64,000 nt of DNA from Methanoregula sp. (GTDB taxonomy: Archaea; Halobacteriota; Methanomicrobia; Methanomicrobiales; Methanospirillaceae). Below the pieces are notes generated by a model. The model searched no databases, had not been told where the DNA came from, and saw nothing but the letters and a program-made list of their open reading frames with translations. Numbering within the stretch: position 1 is the first letter of the stretch; each line of letters starts with the position of its first letter. The stretch spans positions 32,001-96,000 of the forward strand of contig JBDKTL010000027.1 of NCBI GenBank assembly GCA_039698055.1, in the 5' to 3' direction. This document shows positions 40,101-49,403 of the stretch, piece after piece. Position numbers and translations under genes: made by a program.

Positions 40101-41215
40101 GGTATATCATTTGAAGGATGTCTAAAAAACCTTATCTCAGGTTCGTTCCACGAACCGGACAGTTTCCCCGAGAGAGCAAGTCTCCCGCAGCATTTTTCGG
40201 TGTCAGGAAGCAGGGATCGCGCACGGGTTCCGGCAAGCATCGTCCCGGGGAGAGGAATAAACCGGTGGGCGTGAACCTGCCCGTGCCGGGCCACCCACTG
40301 CATTGCCGTGACCGTTTCCCGCTGGTTTTCATCCGTTTCAAACGGGAACCCCAGGATAAAGTCAACAATCGGGGTAATGCCGTGACCCGTGCAGAGCTCG
40401 ATGGCACGGACGACATCTTCCCATGTGTGCCCCCGGTGCAGGTGTGCAAGCGTAGTGTTACTTCCTGACTGGGCCCCGAAATGGAGTTTTGTATTGGCAC
40501 AGTACCCGGTAATAAGTTCAAGGGACCGGTCGCAGACAAACTCGGGCCTGACCTCGCTTGGGAATGTACCAAAAAAGATCTGGCCGGACAGTTTTTTTAA
40601 AAGAGCCTCAACTTTTTCAAACCGGGGATGAACGCCGTCCGAACCGTATGCGAAGGCATTGGGGGTGACAAACCGTGCCTGCCCGTGCCGGTCCGCACAG
40701 GACACAATACGATCGATCGACCGGTGCCGCATGCAGTGCCCGAAGATCTGCGGCGTCTGGCAGTACCCGCAGGCAAACGGGCAGCCCCGGGAGATTTCGA
40801 TATATGCTTTTTGTTCGGTAAATGCCGGGTAGGCATCGAGCCGGACGCTGGAACCGGCAGGCTCGTAATAATTTCGGGTTGCAACCCCGGGAATATCCCC
40901 GTCCCTGCCCTGTTCCAGATCTTCAAGCAGCCGGGGCAGGGTATACTCCCCTTCACCGACAACGACGTAGTCAGCGTACTGTGCAACCGCCTGGTAACAG
41001 GCCGTCGCGTGCGGGCCTCCGACAATCGTGATACACTCTGCATCCCGGATCTCGTCCCGGTACGACGGTTCGTTGAGGGAATTTAACGAATAACAGGTCA
41101 CATCGCCGGCAGGATGGTCAGATATATAAAATTTCATCCCGGCAGATTCTCCGGCAGCAGAGAGCACGGCAAACGAATTCCGTGCTGCATGGATCTGTCG
41201 CCAGTTTACCCGCAT
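40097..41215 (-). CDS. B12-binding/radical SAM protein (TIGR04013-like)
   Basis: GGPHA, VGEGE, EISRGCPFACGYCQTP (CxxxCxxC), FFGTFPSEVRP. Confidence 0.88.
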   Translation of the reverse strand: MRVNWRQIHAARNSFAVLSAAGESAGMKFYISDHPAGDVTCYSLNSLNEPSYRDEIRDAECITIVGGPHATACYQAVAQYADYVVVGEGEYTLPRLLEDLEQGRDGDIPGVATRNYYEPAGSSVRLDAYPAFTEQKAYIEISRGCPFACGYCQTPQIFGHCMRHRSIDRIVSCADRHGQARFVTPNAFAYGSDGVHPRFEKVEALLKKLSGQIFFGTFPSEVRPEFVCDRSLELITGYCANTKLHFGAQSGSNTTLAHLHRGHTWEDVVRAIELCTGHGITPIVDFILGFPFETDENQRETVTAMQWVARHGQVHAHRFIPLPGTMLAGTRARSLLPDTEKCCGRLALSGKLSGSWNEPEIRFFRHPSNDIP

Positions 41216-41272
41216 GATAAAAAAAACCGTACCTAAAAAAAATATTTTTAAAATATTTCCTGGTATCCTGTC

Positions 41273-41770
41273 TTATTGCCGGGTGCGATACTCCCGTAAA
41301 ACATCCACGATCTTGTATAACTGGCCGTTGTTCATCGCGACCCAAACCTCAACACGGTCAGGTTGGCCCTGGAGGGATCCTGATCCCCGGGTCCCGTCGA
41401 GATCGACAAAATTACCCTTGTTGGACCCCAGGGTAAGTGTTTTGGTGGTCCCATCCGTCCGGGTCAATTTAACGTCGATTCTTTGAACATTTCCTTGCCC
41501 CATGCCTCCCTGGAACGTAACCGTAATCACGCCGTTATAATCCTTTTCCGCGACATCAACGGTCACCGCGTTATAACTTTCCATGGTCACAGTTGGCCCG
41601 ACAGTCAGGCTTGCACCGGTTTGTGACGATCCGGCTGTTGGTGAAGATGTGCCGGCAGCCGCTGGCGTGGATCCTTGTCCCGCCGTACCGGTCAGGGTTC
41701 CGGTGCATCCGGAGAATGCGATGAGTATGCAGAGACACGCAAGAACCGGAATGATCATGGTCGTCTTCAT
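41273..41770 (-). CDS. Putative lipoprotein
   Basis: Lipobox AFSGC after a hydrophobic signal; Thr/Gly linker. Confidence 0.75.
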   Translation of the reverse strand: MKTTMIIPVLACLCILIAFSGCTGTLTGTAGQGSTPAAAGTSSPTAGSSQTGASLTVGPTVTMESYNAVTVDVAEKDYNGVITVTFQGGMGQGNVQRIDVKLTRTDGTTKTLTLGSNKGNFVDLDGTRGSGSLQGQPDRVEVWVAMNNGQLYKIVDVLREYRTRQ

Positions 41771-41827
41771 AGTACCAGAAGATGAGGGAAAGAGCTATTT
41801 TATAATTGCGATCAAAAATAAAATTCG

Positions 41828-42241
41828 TTATTCACCCTGCAACGAGCCGTCATATTCCAGTTCGCCCGTAGTGCCGTTCACGGTAACCGGGGTATCGTTT
41901 TTCAGCCGGGACAACGGTATCTCAATCCGGTCGATCATCGGGATGTTGCCGATGATCGCACCCGTCGCAATAATGGTTTCAGCCTCGGCATTGATGATCG
42001 CAGCCGGTGCATGGCCGTTCTGGCTCATCGCGTACAGCACATACGATCCCACGGTCGATCCCTTGCCAAAGGGAAATGCCAGCACTTTCCCGGCAATGCT
42101 TGTGCCTTCCAGCGGATGGCCTTTCTCCACAATACAGCCGGTGTCCGGGTCAACACCCGACAAAAACGAGACCGGTGCAGGACTGACAAGCAGCCGTCCT
42201 CTTCCCACCCCCCGTGAAATACCGCGACCTTTGATGAGCAT
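41828..42241 (-). CDS. DUF126 protein (aconitase X / phosphomevalonate dehydratase small subunit)
   Basis: SFLSGVDPDTG, GKGSTVGSY, AETIIATGA. Confidence 0.88.
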   Translation of the reverse strand: MLIKGRGISRGVGRGRLLVSPAPVSFLSGVDPDTGCIVEKGHPLEGTSIAGKVLAFPFGKGSTVGSYVLYAMSQNGHAPAAIINAEAETIIATGAIIGNIPMIDRIEIPLSRLKNDTPVTVNGTTGELEYDGSLQGE

Positions 42242-42285
42242 AATCACACCACATAAATGGTTGAAAGTAAAGATATAAGATTAAT

Positions 42286-43446
42286 ATGGAAGAGACCGCC
42301 GTCAATAACGCCACGCCTCAGTCCGAGCTCAAATACCAGATACAGCTCAACGAGCTCGAGGCAGCGCTCCTTGACCTCAAAGTCAAAACGGAAGATCTCC
42401 AGAAGGAGAACTCCCAGCTGAAACGGGAAAACAACCAGCTCAAGCGTATGCCGCTGTTTGTTGCCGTTGTTGTGGATATGCTGGAGAATGGTGAGATCTA
42501 TCTCCGCCAGCAGGGTAACAACCAGGAGTACCTGACCCACGCGTCCGATGAACTCCGCCTGCAATTAAAACCCGGTGTAAAAGTAGCCGTCAATAACGCA
42601 CTCTCGATCGTGAAAGTGATCGGCAACGTGTACGACTCCCGTGTCCGTGTCATGGAACTGGAAGAATCCCCGGACATCTCGTACTCGCAGATCGGTGGCC
42701 TGACCGAACAGATCAACGAGGTGCGGGAAGCCGTGGAATACCCGCTGACCAAACCCGAGATCTTCACGCGTGTCGGCGTCGAACCGCCAAAGGGCATCCT
42801 GCTCTACGGTTCACCGGGAACCGGCAAAACCCTTATTGCAAAAGCGGTTGCCCACGAAGCCAAAGCAAGCTTCATCCGGATGTCCGGCAGCGAACTTGTC
42901 CACAAATTTATCGGTGAAGGTGCGGGACTGGTCCGCGAACTCTTCGTGCTTGCCCGCGAACGTGCGCCGGCGATTGTGTTTATCGATGAGATCGATGCGG
43001 TTGGCAGCATGCGGACCAATGACGGAACTTCCGGGAGTGCCGAGGTCCAGCGGACGCTCATGCAGCTCCTTGCCGAGATGGACGGGTTTGATAACCGGGG
43101 CGATATCCGGATCATGGCGGCAACCAACCGGGTGGACATGCTCGACCCGGCGCTGCTCCGGCCCGGCCGGTTTGACCGGCTCATCGAGATCCCATTGCCC
43201 GACAAGAGTGCACGACTCGATATCTTAAAGATCCATTCACGGAAGATGAACTTAAACAACGTGAGCCTTGAATCCATTGCTGCGATGACGGAAAATGCGA
43301 CCGGTGCAGAACTGCAGGCCATCTGCCGGGAGGCGGGCATGCGGGCGGTGCGCCGGGATGCAACCGCAATCGGGATGACAGACTTTTTGGAAGGCATCCG
43401 CAAAGTCAAGGCAGAAACCATCACCGATACCCGTATGTATACCTGA
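42286..43446 (+). CDS. pan: Proteasome-activating nucleotidase (paralog 1)
   Basis: Coiled coil, [23 protein letters not shown]-terminal MYT. Confidence 0.95.
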   Translation: MEETAVNNATPQSELKYQIQLNELEAALLDLKVKTEDLQKENSQLKRENNQLKRMPLFVAVVVDMLENGEIYLRQQGNNQEYLTHASDELRLQLKPGVKVAVNNALSIVKVIGNVYDSRVRVMELEESPDISYSQIGGLTEQINEVREAVEYPLTKPEIFTRVGVEPPKGILLYGSPGTGKTLIAKAVAHEAKASFIRMSGSELVHKFIGEGAGLVRELFVLARERAPAIVFIDEIDAVGSMRTNDGTSGSAEVQRTLMQLLAEMDGFDNRGDIRIMAATNRVDMLDPALLRPGRFDRLIEIPLPDKSARLDILKIHSRKMNLNNVSLESIAAMTENATGAELQAICREAGMRAVRRDATAIGMTDFLEGIRKVKAETITDTRMYT

Positions 43447-43494
43447 TACGGGCACGGTGCCGGTGCCCGGTTTTTACCCGAGGGGGATGTCCAG

Positions 43495-43989
43495 ATGAAT
43501 ATTCTTTTTATTCAGCGGGAAGGTATCGATCTCCACCACACTCTTTTTACATCTGAAACAAGCCGGCTGATTTTGCGTTTCTACCACCCGAAAAAAATGC
43601 CCTGCGGCGTATCGATCACAGTGGCTACGCTTGGGAGCGCCCTGTCGCTGGCCTCGGAACTGCGCTGGTATATCCGGCGCTATGCCCGCGAAGTCCTGTT
43701 TGAAGTGGAACACGGGATTTTCTGTACGCATCACCTGGCGCAGGAAGTCTATTACGAGCGGGCGGTGATCCTTGAAAACCCGTGGGGGTTCCGCAGGCTC
43801 TATGGTTTTAAGGGAGGGTCCCTTGTCAGCCAGGTGGTGATGACCCCGGGTTCCACGACTGAAGAGTATCACCAGGATGTGATCGGCGTCGACACGACGA
43901 TCATTGTCTGGTGCACGGAGGATGAAGTGGAGGATATCGGGGAAATAATCCCACTTGAAACTGCCGGCGAGGAACTTGCGGACGAGTAA
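43495..43989 (+). CDS. Conserved hypothetical protein (DUF5804-like)
   Basis: LFTSETSRLILRFYHP...SLASELRWYIRRY. Confidence 0.7.
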   Translation: MNILFIQREGIDLHHTLFTSETSRLILRFYHPKKMPCGVSITVATLGSALSLASELRWYIRRYAREVLFEVEHGIFCTHHLAQEVYYERAVILENPWGFRRLYGFKGGSLVSQVVMTPGSTTEEYHQDVIGVDTTIIVWCTEDEVEDIGEIIPLETAGEELADE

Positions 43990-44078
43990 CGGGACATGCA
44001 TATTTACTCGGGAAATGCCTTGCGGATTTCCCAAAGTTACCAACGAAAAAATCTATAAAAAAATAAAAAAAATCCGGC

Positions 44079-45389
44079 TTACGCAAACATTACGCCTTCG
44101 CCGCCCGGAAGACCCCGGTTGAAATCGAGCCGGACTTTTTCAATTGCCGCAAGGAAATCCTCCTGGGTGATGGTCGGGCGATCCTTACGGATTGCGAACA
44201 TGCCCGCCTCCATGCAGATTGCGTGGAGATCCGCACCATTCTTTCCCTCCGTGAGCTGTGCGATAACCGAAAGGTCGACCGAATCATCGATGGTAAGGCC
44301 ACGGGTATGGACTTTCAGGATAGACAACCGTCCTGCATCGTTCGGGAGCGGGATCTCGATAATCCGGTCAAACCTGCCGGGCCGGAGCAGGGCACGGTCA
44401 AGGATGTCGATCCGGTTGGTGGCACCGATAATCTTCACGTCGCCCCGGTTCTCAAAGCCGTCCATGCCGGCAAGGAGCTGCATGAGCGTCCGCTGCACTT
44501 CCCGGTCTCCCGAGGTATTTGCATCAGTCCGGGATGCACCCACCGCATCGATCTCGTCAATAAAGATAATCGTGGGCGCCTTTGTTTTTGCCATGTCGAA
44601 GAGCTCGCGGACGAGCCGGGCGCCTTCACCGATATATTTCTGGACCAGTTCCGAACCCACGACCCGCATGAAGTGGGCATTGGTTTCGTGGGCGACGGCT
44701 TTTGCAAGCAGGGTCTTGCCGGTCCCCGGCGGCCCGTGGAGGAGCACTCCCTTGGGAGGTTCGATCCCGATACGGGTAAACAGTTCAGGCCGTTTCAGCG
44801 GAAGCTCGACGGCCTCCCGGATCTCGTTTATCTGGTCGTCCAGTCCCCCGATATCCGCATAGTTTTCCTGCGGGGAATCCACGAGCTCCATCCCGTAGAC
44901 CTGTGCATCGAAACTGCTGGGCAGCAATTCGACGATTGCAAGGGACTGCTGGTTCAAAGTGCAGCGTGCTCCCGGTTTTAGGTCATCCGCACTGATATTG
45001 GGGGAACTCCTCACCAGAAATCGTGGCCCGGCACTGCTGCGCACGATTACCCGGGATGCATCCACCACGTCCACGACCGTGCCGATAATGAGCGGCGGGC
45101 TCCTCAGCTGTTCGCTCTCGCTTTTGAGTTTGCGGACTTCCCGCTCGTACCGGATCTTCTGGGTCTCGATATAGCGTTTGTCTGCTTCAACCTGGCGCAA
45201 CTGCTCGCGAAGTTCAAGGTTGCGTGATTCAAGATTGCCGACCCGGTCGAGCATCTGGACTTCGAGCTCGTGCTTGTCGGTCTCTATCTGCTGGAGCTGT
45301 TCCCGCAACTGTTCGGTCAGCGAGCGATAGAGCCTGTATAATTCTTCTGGTGTCTGCGGTTCTGCAGATTCACGGAGTGTGTCGGCCAT
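44079..45389 (-). CDS. pan: Proteasome-activating nucleotidase (paralog 2)
   Basis: [28 protein letters not shown]-terminal MFA. Confidence 0.96.
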   Translation of the reverse strand: MADTLRESAEPQTPEELYRLYRSLTEQLREQLQQIETDKHELEVQMLDRVGNLESRNLELREQLRQVEADKRYIETQKIRYEREVRKLKSESEQLRSPPLIIGTVVDVVDASRVIVRSSAGPRFLVRSSPNISADDLKPGARCTLNQQSLAIVELLPSSFDAQVYGMELVDSPQENYADIGGLDDQINEIREAVELPLKRPELFTRIGIEPPKGVLLHGPPGTGKTLLAKAVAHETNAHFMRVVGSELVQKYIGEGARLVRELFDMAKTKAPTIIFIDEIDAVGASRTDANTSGDREVQRTLMQLLAGMDGFENRGDVKIIGATNRIDILDRALLRPGRFDRIIEIPLPNDAGRLSILKVHTRGLTIDDSVDLSVIAQLTEGKNGADLHAICMEAGMFAIRKDRPTITQEDFLAAIEKVRLDFNRGLPGGEGVMFA

Positions 45390-45443
45390 CCGTTCCTCAA
45401 TTAGCTATATAGGGAAATCTGGATATAAAGTGTTTGTGAGAAT

Positions 45444-45953
45444 ATGCAGTGTGAAATGTGTGGAGAGACGATCCGCGGCGCCCCCAAGCTGATCCGCGTC
45501 GAAGGGGCTGAACTGCAGGTCTGCAGCAAGTGCGGGAAATATGGCACTGAGGTTCAGCAGCCACGCCGGACGGATGTGCGGCAGATGACTGCACGGCCAA
45601 CGCCCGGTGCAAAAGGGCCGGTGGTGCCGGGCACGGTCCAGCGAAAACGGGATATGTTTGACTATATGGGCGGCGATATTGTCGAGGATTATGCGGAACG
45701 GATACGAAAAGCCCGCATGGCAAAGGAACTCTCCCAGAAAGATCTTGCGATGCAGATGAAGGAAAAGGAGCTGCTGGTAAAGAAGATCGAGAAGGGGGAG
45801 CTGATCCCGGAAGAGGATGTCCGCAAGAAACTGGAAAAACTGCTTGAGATAAAACTGATTGATACGACAGAAACAGAAACAGAGAAAAAGACGCAGGGTC
45901 AGATCACCCAGACGCTGGGGGATTTGACGATCATCAAGAAAACCAAAAAATAA
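45444..45953 (+). CDS. mbf1: Multiprotein bridging factor aMBF1
   Basis: CEMCG...CSKC zinc ribbon, Cro-type HTH, TLGD motif. Confidence 0.93.
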   Translation: MQCEMCGETIRGAPKLIRVEGAELQVCSKCGKYGTEVQQPRRTDVRQMTARPTPGAKGPVVPGTVQRKRDMFDYMGGDIVEDYAERIRKARMAKELSQKDLAMQMKEKELLVKKIEKGELIPEEDVRKKLEKLLEIKLIDTTETETEKKTQGQITQTLGDLTIIKKTKK

Positions 45954-45961
45954 TTTTTTAT

Positions 45962-45996
45962 AAAAAATTTTTCGGCCGGCCGGGAAATTTTTTTTT
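45962..45996. terminator. Palindromic hairpin with A/T tracts after mbf1
   Basis: AAAAAATTTTT-CGGCCGGCCG-GGAAATTTTTTTTT. Confidence 0.55.
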
Positions 45997-46382
45997 GTGC
46001 TCCGGAATAAAACCCGTTGTTGATAAAAATTTTAAAACGCGTTTTCCTTTTTTTCCTGCAATGCCCTGAATGGTTTGCCAGTGTGCCCTGACGCTTACGG
46101 GTGCATCTCCACCCATCGGGCATCCCTGATATCAGGTTCTTATGGCATACCTGATTATAGCAGGATTAAGGAGGGTAAGGGGTGCCCGGGAGATGCTCTT
46201 TTCCGGGCCCAATCCTGCCCCGGATTACCAAAAACCGGCACCTGTTTCCGGGTAATGGGGGATCGGGTGTCCACCGCATGAAAAAAACCTGTTTTAATCG
46301 GCCTGTTTGCCAAATAGCCTTATTTTATCGGGATTTTTACCTGCTCTTTATCGGGCTTCCAGCGGCATTTTTTTTGGACCCA

Positions 46383-46456
46383 TAGATTATGAGGTTGCGG
46401 GCGATAAACGGCCTGAAAACAGGGTCTGTGGCCCACGGTTAATTTCACGTCGGAGA
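46383..46456. repeat. 74-bp direct repeat, copy 1
   Basis: TAGATTATGAGGTTGCGGGCGATAAACGGCCTGAAAAC...TTTCACGTCGGAGA; six mismatches to copy 2 by my count. Confidence 0.9.
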
Positions 46457-46699
46457 ACGTGGGGTAATTACCTCCCCCAATGCCCGATTCGATCCACCCG
46501 GGACACGAGACCTGGCATGATCGTTTCTCCGACGTAAGACCCGTACGGATGGCAACCCCTTGAGGAATCTCCAGTGGAAACGGTGTTGACGCCCGGCAAA
46601 AATCCTGTTGTAATTCGTTATTTTCCAAAAATAACTGTTTTAATCAGGAAAAAACCGGCCAATGTATCGGGTGTTTTTTTGGCACGTTTTTCCGGTACG

Positions 46700-46773
46700 T
46701 AGATTATGAAGTTGCGGGCGATAAACGGCCTGAAAACGAGGTCTGTGGCCCGCTGTTGATTTCACGTCGGAGA
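46700..46773. repeat. 74-bp direct repeat, copy 2
   Basis: Matches 46383..46456 at 317-bp spacing. Confidence 0.9.
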
Positions 46774-47164
46774 TTTTTGGGAATTTGGGGTTTTTCCCTG
46801 GTATTGTTGCTTTTGGATTTTGGATGACGGGAACTGTGCCGGTTTTTTTATGCTGGTGTATCCGGATTTTTCCGGGAATATTTTTTTAATTTTTCTTTTA
46901 CGCTGAAATGGATTTTCCGGAAAATATTGTTCGCATCAAAAAAAATTTTAGGTTTTGTGTTTTTTGGCAATTTTTAAAATATTGTGAACATGTGAAGCGA
47001 TGTTCCCGGAATTTACGATCAGACCCGAACGGGAAAAATTGATGCGATATTTGGTGATACACGTTTTGGGAAAAAATAAAATGGGGATTTTACTGAAAAA
47101 ATTTTTTCACTCAACGCCGCCCTTATGTCCCAAAAAGCCAACTCTCTTTGAAGAGGAAAACGAC

Positions 47165-47485
47165 ATGGACCGCAGGATCAGAAACCTCACATACTTTCTC
47201 GTCATTCTGGCGCTCGTGGGCACCGTGTCCGGTGCCGGGTACGTTGCGGCAGAACAGGCAGGTAGTGCAGTACCGGCAAACCATCCGGTGGCATCAGCAT
47301 TTCACGGCGACAATGGGATAAGCCGTATCGCCGGGGAGCATGGCAGCATCAGTGGTCTGCATATGAAGTGTTATTTCCCGATATGGAGACTGCCCGAGTA
47401 TTATATCTGCATCATGTTCTGCAAGCTTGGTGGGCATGGTGATGCATGTCCTGCCACGTGCGAAGCACGCTACACGGTCTGCTGA
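47165..47485 (+). CDS. Small secreted protein with a 6-Cys C-terminal domain
   Basis: GAGG upstream; signal peptide MDRRIRNLTYFLVILALVGTVSG; C-terminus KCYFPIWRLPEYYICIMFCKLGGHGDACPATCEARYTVC. Confidence 0.6.
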   Translation: MDRRIRNLTYFLVILALVGTVSGAGYVAAEQAGSAVPANHPVASAFHGDNGISRIAGEHGSISGLHMKCYFPIWRLPEYYICIMFCKLGGHGDACPATCEARYTVC

Positions 47486-47553
47486 CCTGCACCAGTACTG
47501 GCGGGTGAATTTTCGTTGGGCGGTGCAGGTATTGGGGGGATCACCCCCCCACA

Positions 47554-47562
47554 TTTTATATA
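47554..47562 (+). promoter_or_regulatory. TATA box of the aromatic amino acid operon leader
   Basis: TTTTATATA ends ~22 nt upstream of ATG 47585, the spacing expected for a leaderless start. Confidence 0.6.
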
Positions 47563-47584
47563 CCCCCCAAACCCACCAGTAAGT

Positions 47585-47650
47585 ATGCAGGGTGAGTGTT
47601 CAAGCGCTCGTGAGGGTTTTTTTGCCCGTGAATGTCGTTATCACCACTAG
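47585..47650 (+). CDS. Putative leader peptide MQGECSSAREGFFARECRYHH (uORF of the aro operon)
   Basis: 22 codons including the stop; below the ORF-track cutoff; tandem Phe codons and one Tyr; begins at the predicted TSS. Confidence 0.5.
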   Translation: MQGECSSAREGFFARECRYHH

Positions 47651-47821
47651 TTCCACGCCCGCCCATTGCATCAGCATAACCGTTTCTGAAAAATCATTCA
47701 ACCACGGTACCGTCTGGTATCGCGTTTTTGCCTTTTTTGGCTTTTATTTCTGGTATCTGTAAACCCCCTGGTTCGCTTTTTAGAAATCTGGTGCGAAATC
47801 AGGGGGATGGAGTTGTTTGTT

Positions 47822-48613
47822 ATGAGAGGAAAAGAAATTCGTCTTGAAAGAATCATTAACCGGAATACGAAAAAAACCATCATCGTACCGATGGATCACG
47901 GGGTCACCAACGGCCCCATCCCGGGATTAATCGATCTCGGGCAGGCAGTCGATCTCGTTGCCGATGGCGGGGCAAATGCAGTGATCGGGCATGTCGGGCT
48001 CGCCCTCTACGGCCACCGGCAGAGCGGGCGGGACATCGGCCTGATCCTGCACCTGTCGGCGAGCACGTCCATCAGCCCCGATCCCAACGAGAAAGTACTG
48101 GTGAATTCCGTCACCAATGCCCTCAAGATGGGCGCCGATGCCGTTTCGATGCATGTCAATATCGGGGCAGACTCGGAAGCCCGGATGCTTGCCGACCTTG
48201 GAAGCGTTGCGGTCGAGTGCATGGAGTGGGGGATGCCGCTCCTCGCGATGATGTACCCGCGGGGCAAAAAAATCACCAGAGACAACGATGTCGACCAGGT
48301 AAAACTCGCCGCACGGGTGGCAGCAGAGCTCGGGGCGGACATTGTGAAAACCGTGTACACGGGCGATCCGGAATCCTTCCGCGAAGTGACCCGGGGTTGC
48401 CCGGTGCCCGTGGTGGTAGCCGGAGGTTCAAAGACGGATGACCGCACAACACTTGAATTAATTGAAGGTGCGATGGCAGGCGGTGCAGCCGGTATTTCTA
48501 TTGGCAGGAACGCATTCCAGCACCGGAGCCCGGCAAAGTTTGTCCGTGCGGCGGCATGTATCGTGCATGCGAACAAGAGTGTCGATGAAGCCATGGAACT
48601 GTTGAAGGTGTGA
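47822..48613 (+). CDS. aroA': 2-amino-3,7-dideoxy-D-threo-hept-6-ulosonate synthase / class I aldolase (DhnA family), copy 1
   Basis: [37 protein letters not shown]. Confidence 0.88.
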   Translation: MRGKEIRLERIINRNTKKTIIVPMDHGVTNGPIPGLIDLGQAVDLVADGGANAVIGHVGLALYGHRQSGRDIGLILHLSASTSISPDPNEKVLVNSVTNALKMGADAVSMHVNIGADSEARMLADLGSVAVECMEWGMPLLAMMYPRGKKITRDNDVDQVKLAARVAAELGADIVKTVYTGDPESFREVTRGCPVPVVVAGGSKTDDRTTLELIEGAMAGGAAGISIGRNAFQHRSPAKFVRAAACIVHANKSVDEAMELLKV

Positions 48614-48617
48614 ACAA

Positions 48618-49403
48618 ATGATAGGTAAAGAGATCAGGATTGAACGGATCATGGACCGGAACACCGGCAGGTCGGTCATCGTGCCGATGGACCACGGTTT
48701 TTCCATGGGGCAGATCGAGGGCCTGCTGGATATGACCAAAGTCATATCGGACGTGAGCGAAGGCGGGGCAAATGCGATTGTCCTGCACAAGGGAATGGTG
48801 AAACGCGGTCACCGGAGGCACGGCCGGGACATCGGCCTGATCGTCCACCTCTCCGGCAGCACGACAATGAACCCGGACCCCAATGACAAGGTGCTCGTCT
48901 GCACGGTTGAAGAGGCGATTGCGCTTGGCGCCGATGCCGTTTCGATCCACATCAATCTCGGGGCGCCCAACGAGTCAAAGATGCTGGAGTCCGGGGCAAA
49001 GATTGCCCGGGACTGCAACCGGTGGGGGATGCCGCTCCTGATCATGTGCTACCCACGCGGAAAAGGCATTGACCCGGTGTCACCACAGGCAATTGGCCAC
49101 TGTGTCCGTGTGGCCGAGGAACTGGGCGCTGACCTGATCAAGACCAATTACCCGGGGAACACGGAAGCGTTCCACCGGATCACAAAAGCGTGTTCGGTGC
49201 CGGTGTTCATTGCCGGCGGCGAAAAATCCGGCGACCTTGAGACCTTGAAAATCATCCGGGACTCCGTCCATGCCGGGGGTGCCGGTGTCTGCGTGGGACG
49301 AAACGCGTTCCAGCGCGAGGACACAAAGGGATTTGTCCGGGCGCTCTGCCAGGTAGTGCACGGGGACACGGAGCCTGAGGCTGCGCTGGGGCAGGCGAGA
49401 TGA
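48618..49403 (+). CDS. aroA': 2-amino-3,7-dideoxy-D-threo-hept-6-ulosonate synthase / class I aldolase (DhnA family), copy 2
   Basis: IVPMDHG, LHKG, HLSGST, EELGADLIKT, GRNAFQ. Confidence 0.85.
   Translation: MIGKEIRIERIMDRNTGRSVIVPMDHGFSMGQIEGLLDMTKVISDVSEGGANAIVLHKGMVKRGHRRHGRDIGLIVHLSGSTTMNPDPNDKVLVCTVEEAIALGADAVSIHINLGAPNESKMLESGAKIARDCNRWGMPLLIMCYPRGKGIDPVSPQAIGHCVRVAEELGADLIKTNYPGNTEAFHRITKACSVPVFIAGGEKSGDLETLKIIRDSVHAGGAGVCVGRNAFQREDTKGFVRALCQVVHGDTEPEAALGQAR

Noticed and set aside
41273-41770. Lipoprotein with an ITVTFQGG motif resembling the pilin (Y/F)QGGQD
   Set aside because: The match is too short and the protein has a lipobox, not a class III signal.
47714-47724. TGGTATCGCG resembling a T-box antiterminator bulge in the aro leader
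   Set aside because: It mismatches the consensus, I could not build the flanking helices or a Stem I, and T-boxes are a bacterial element.
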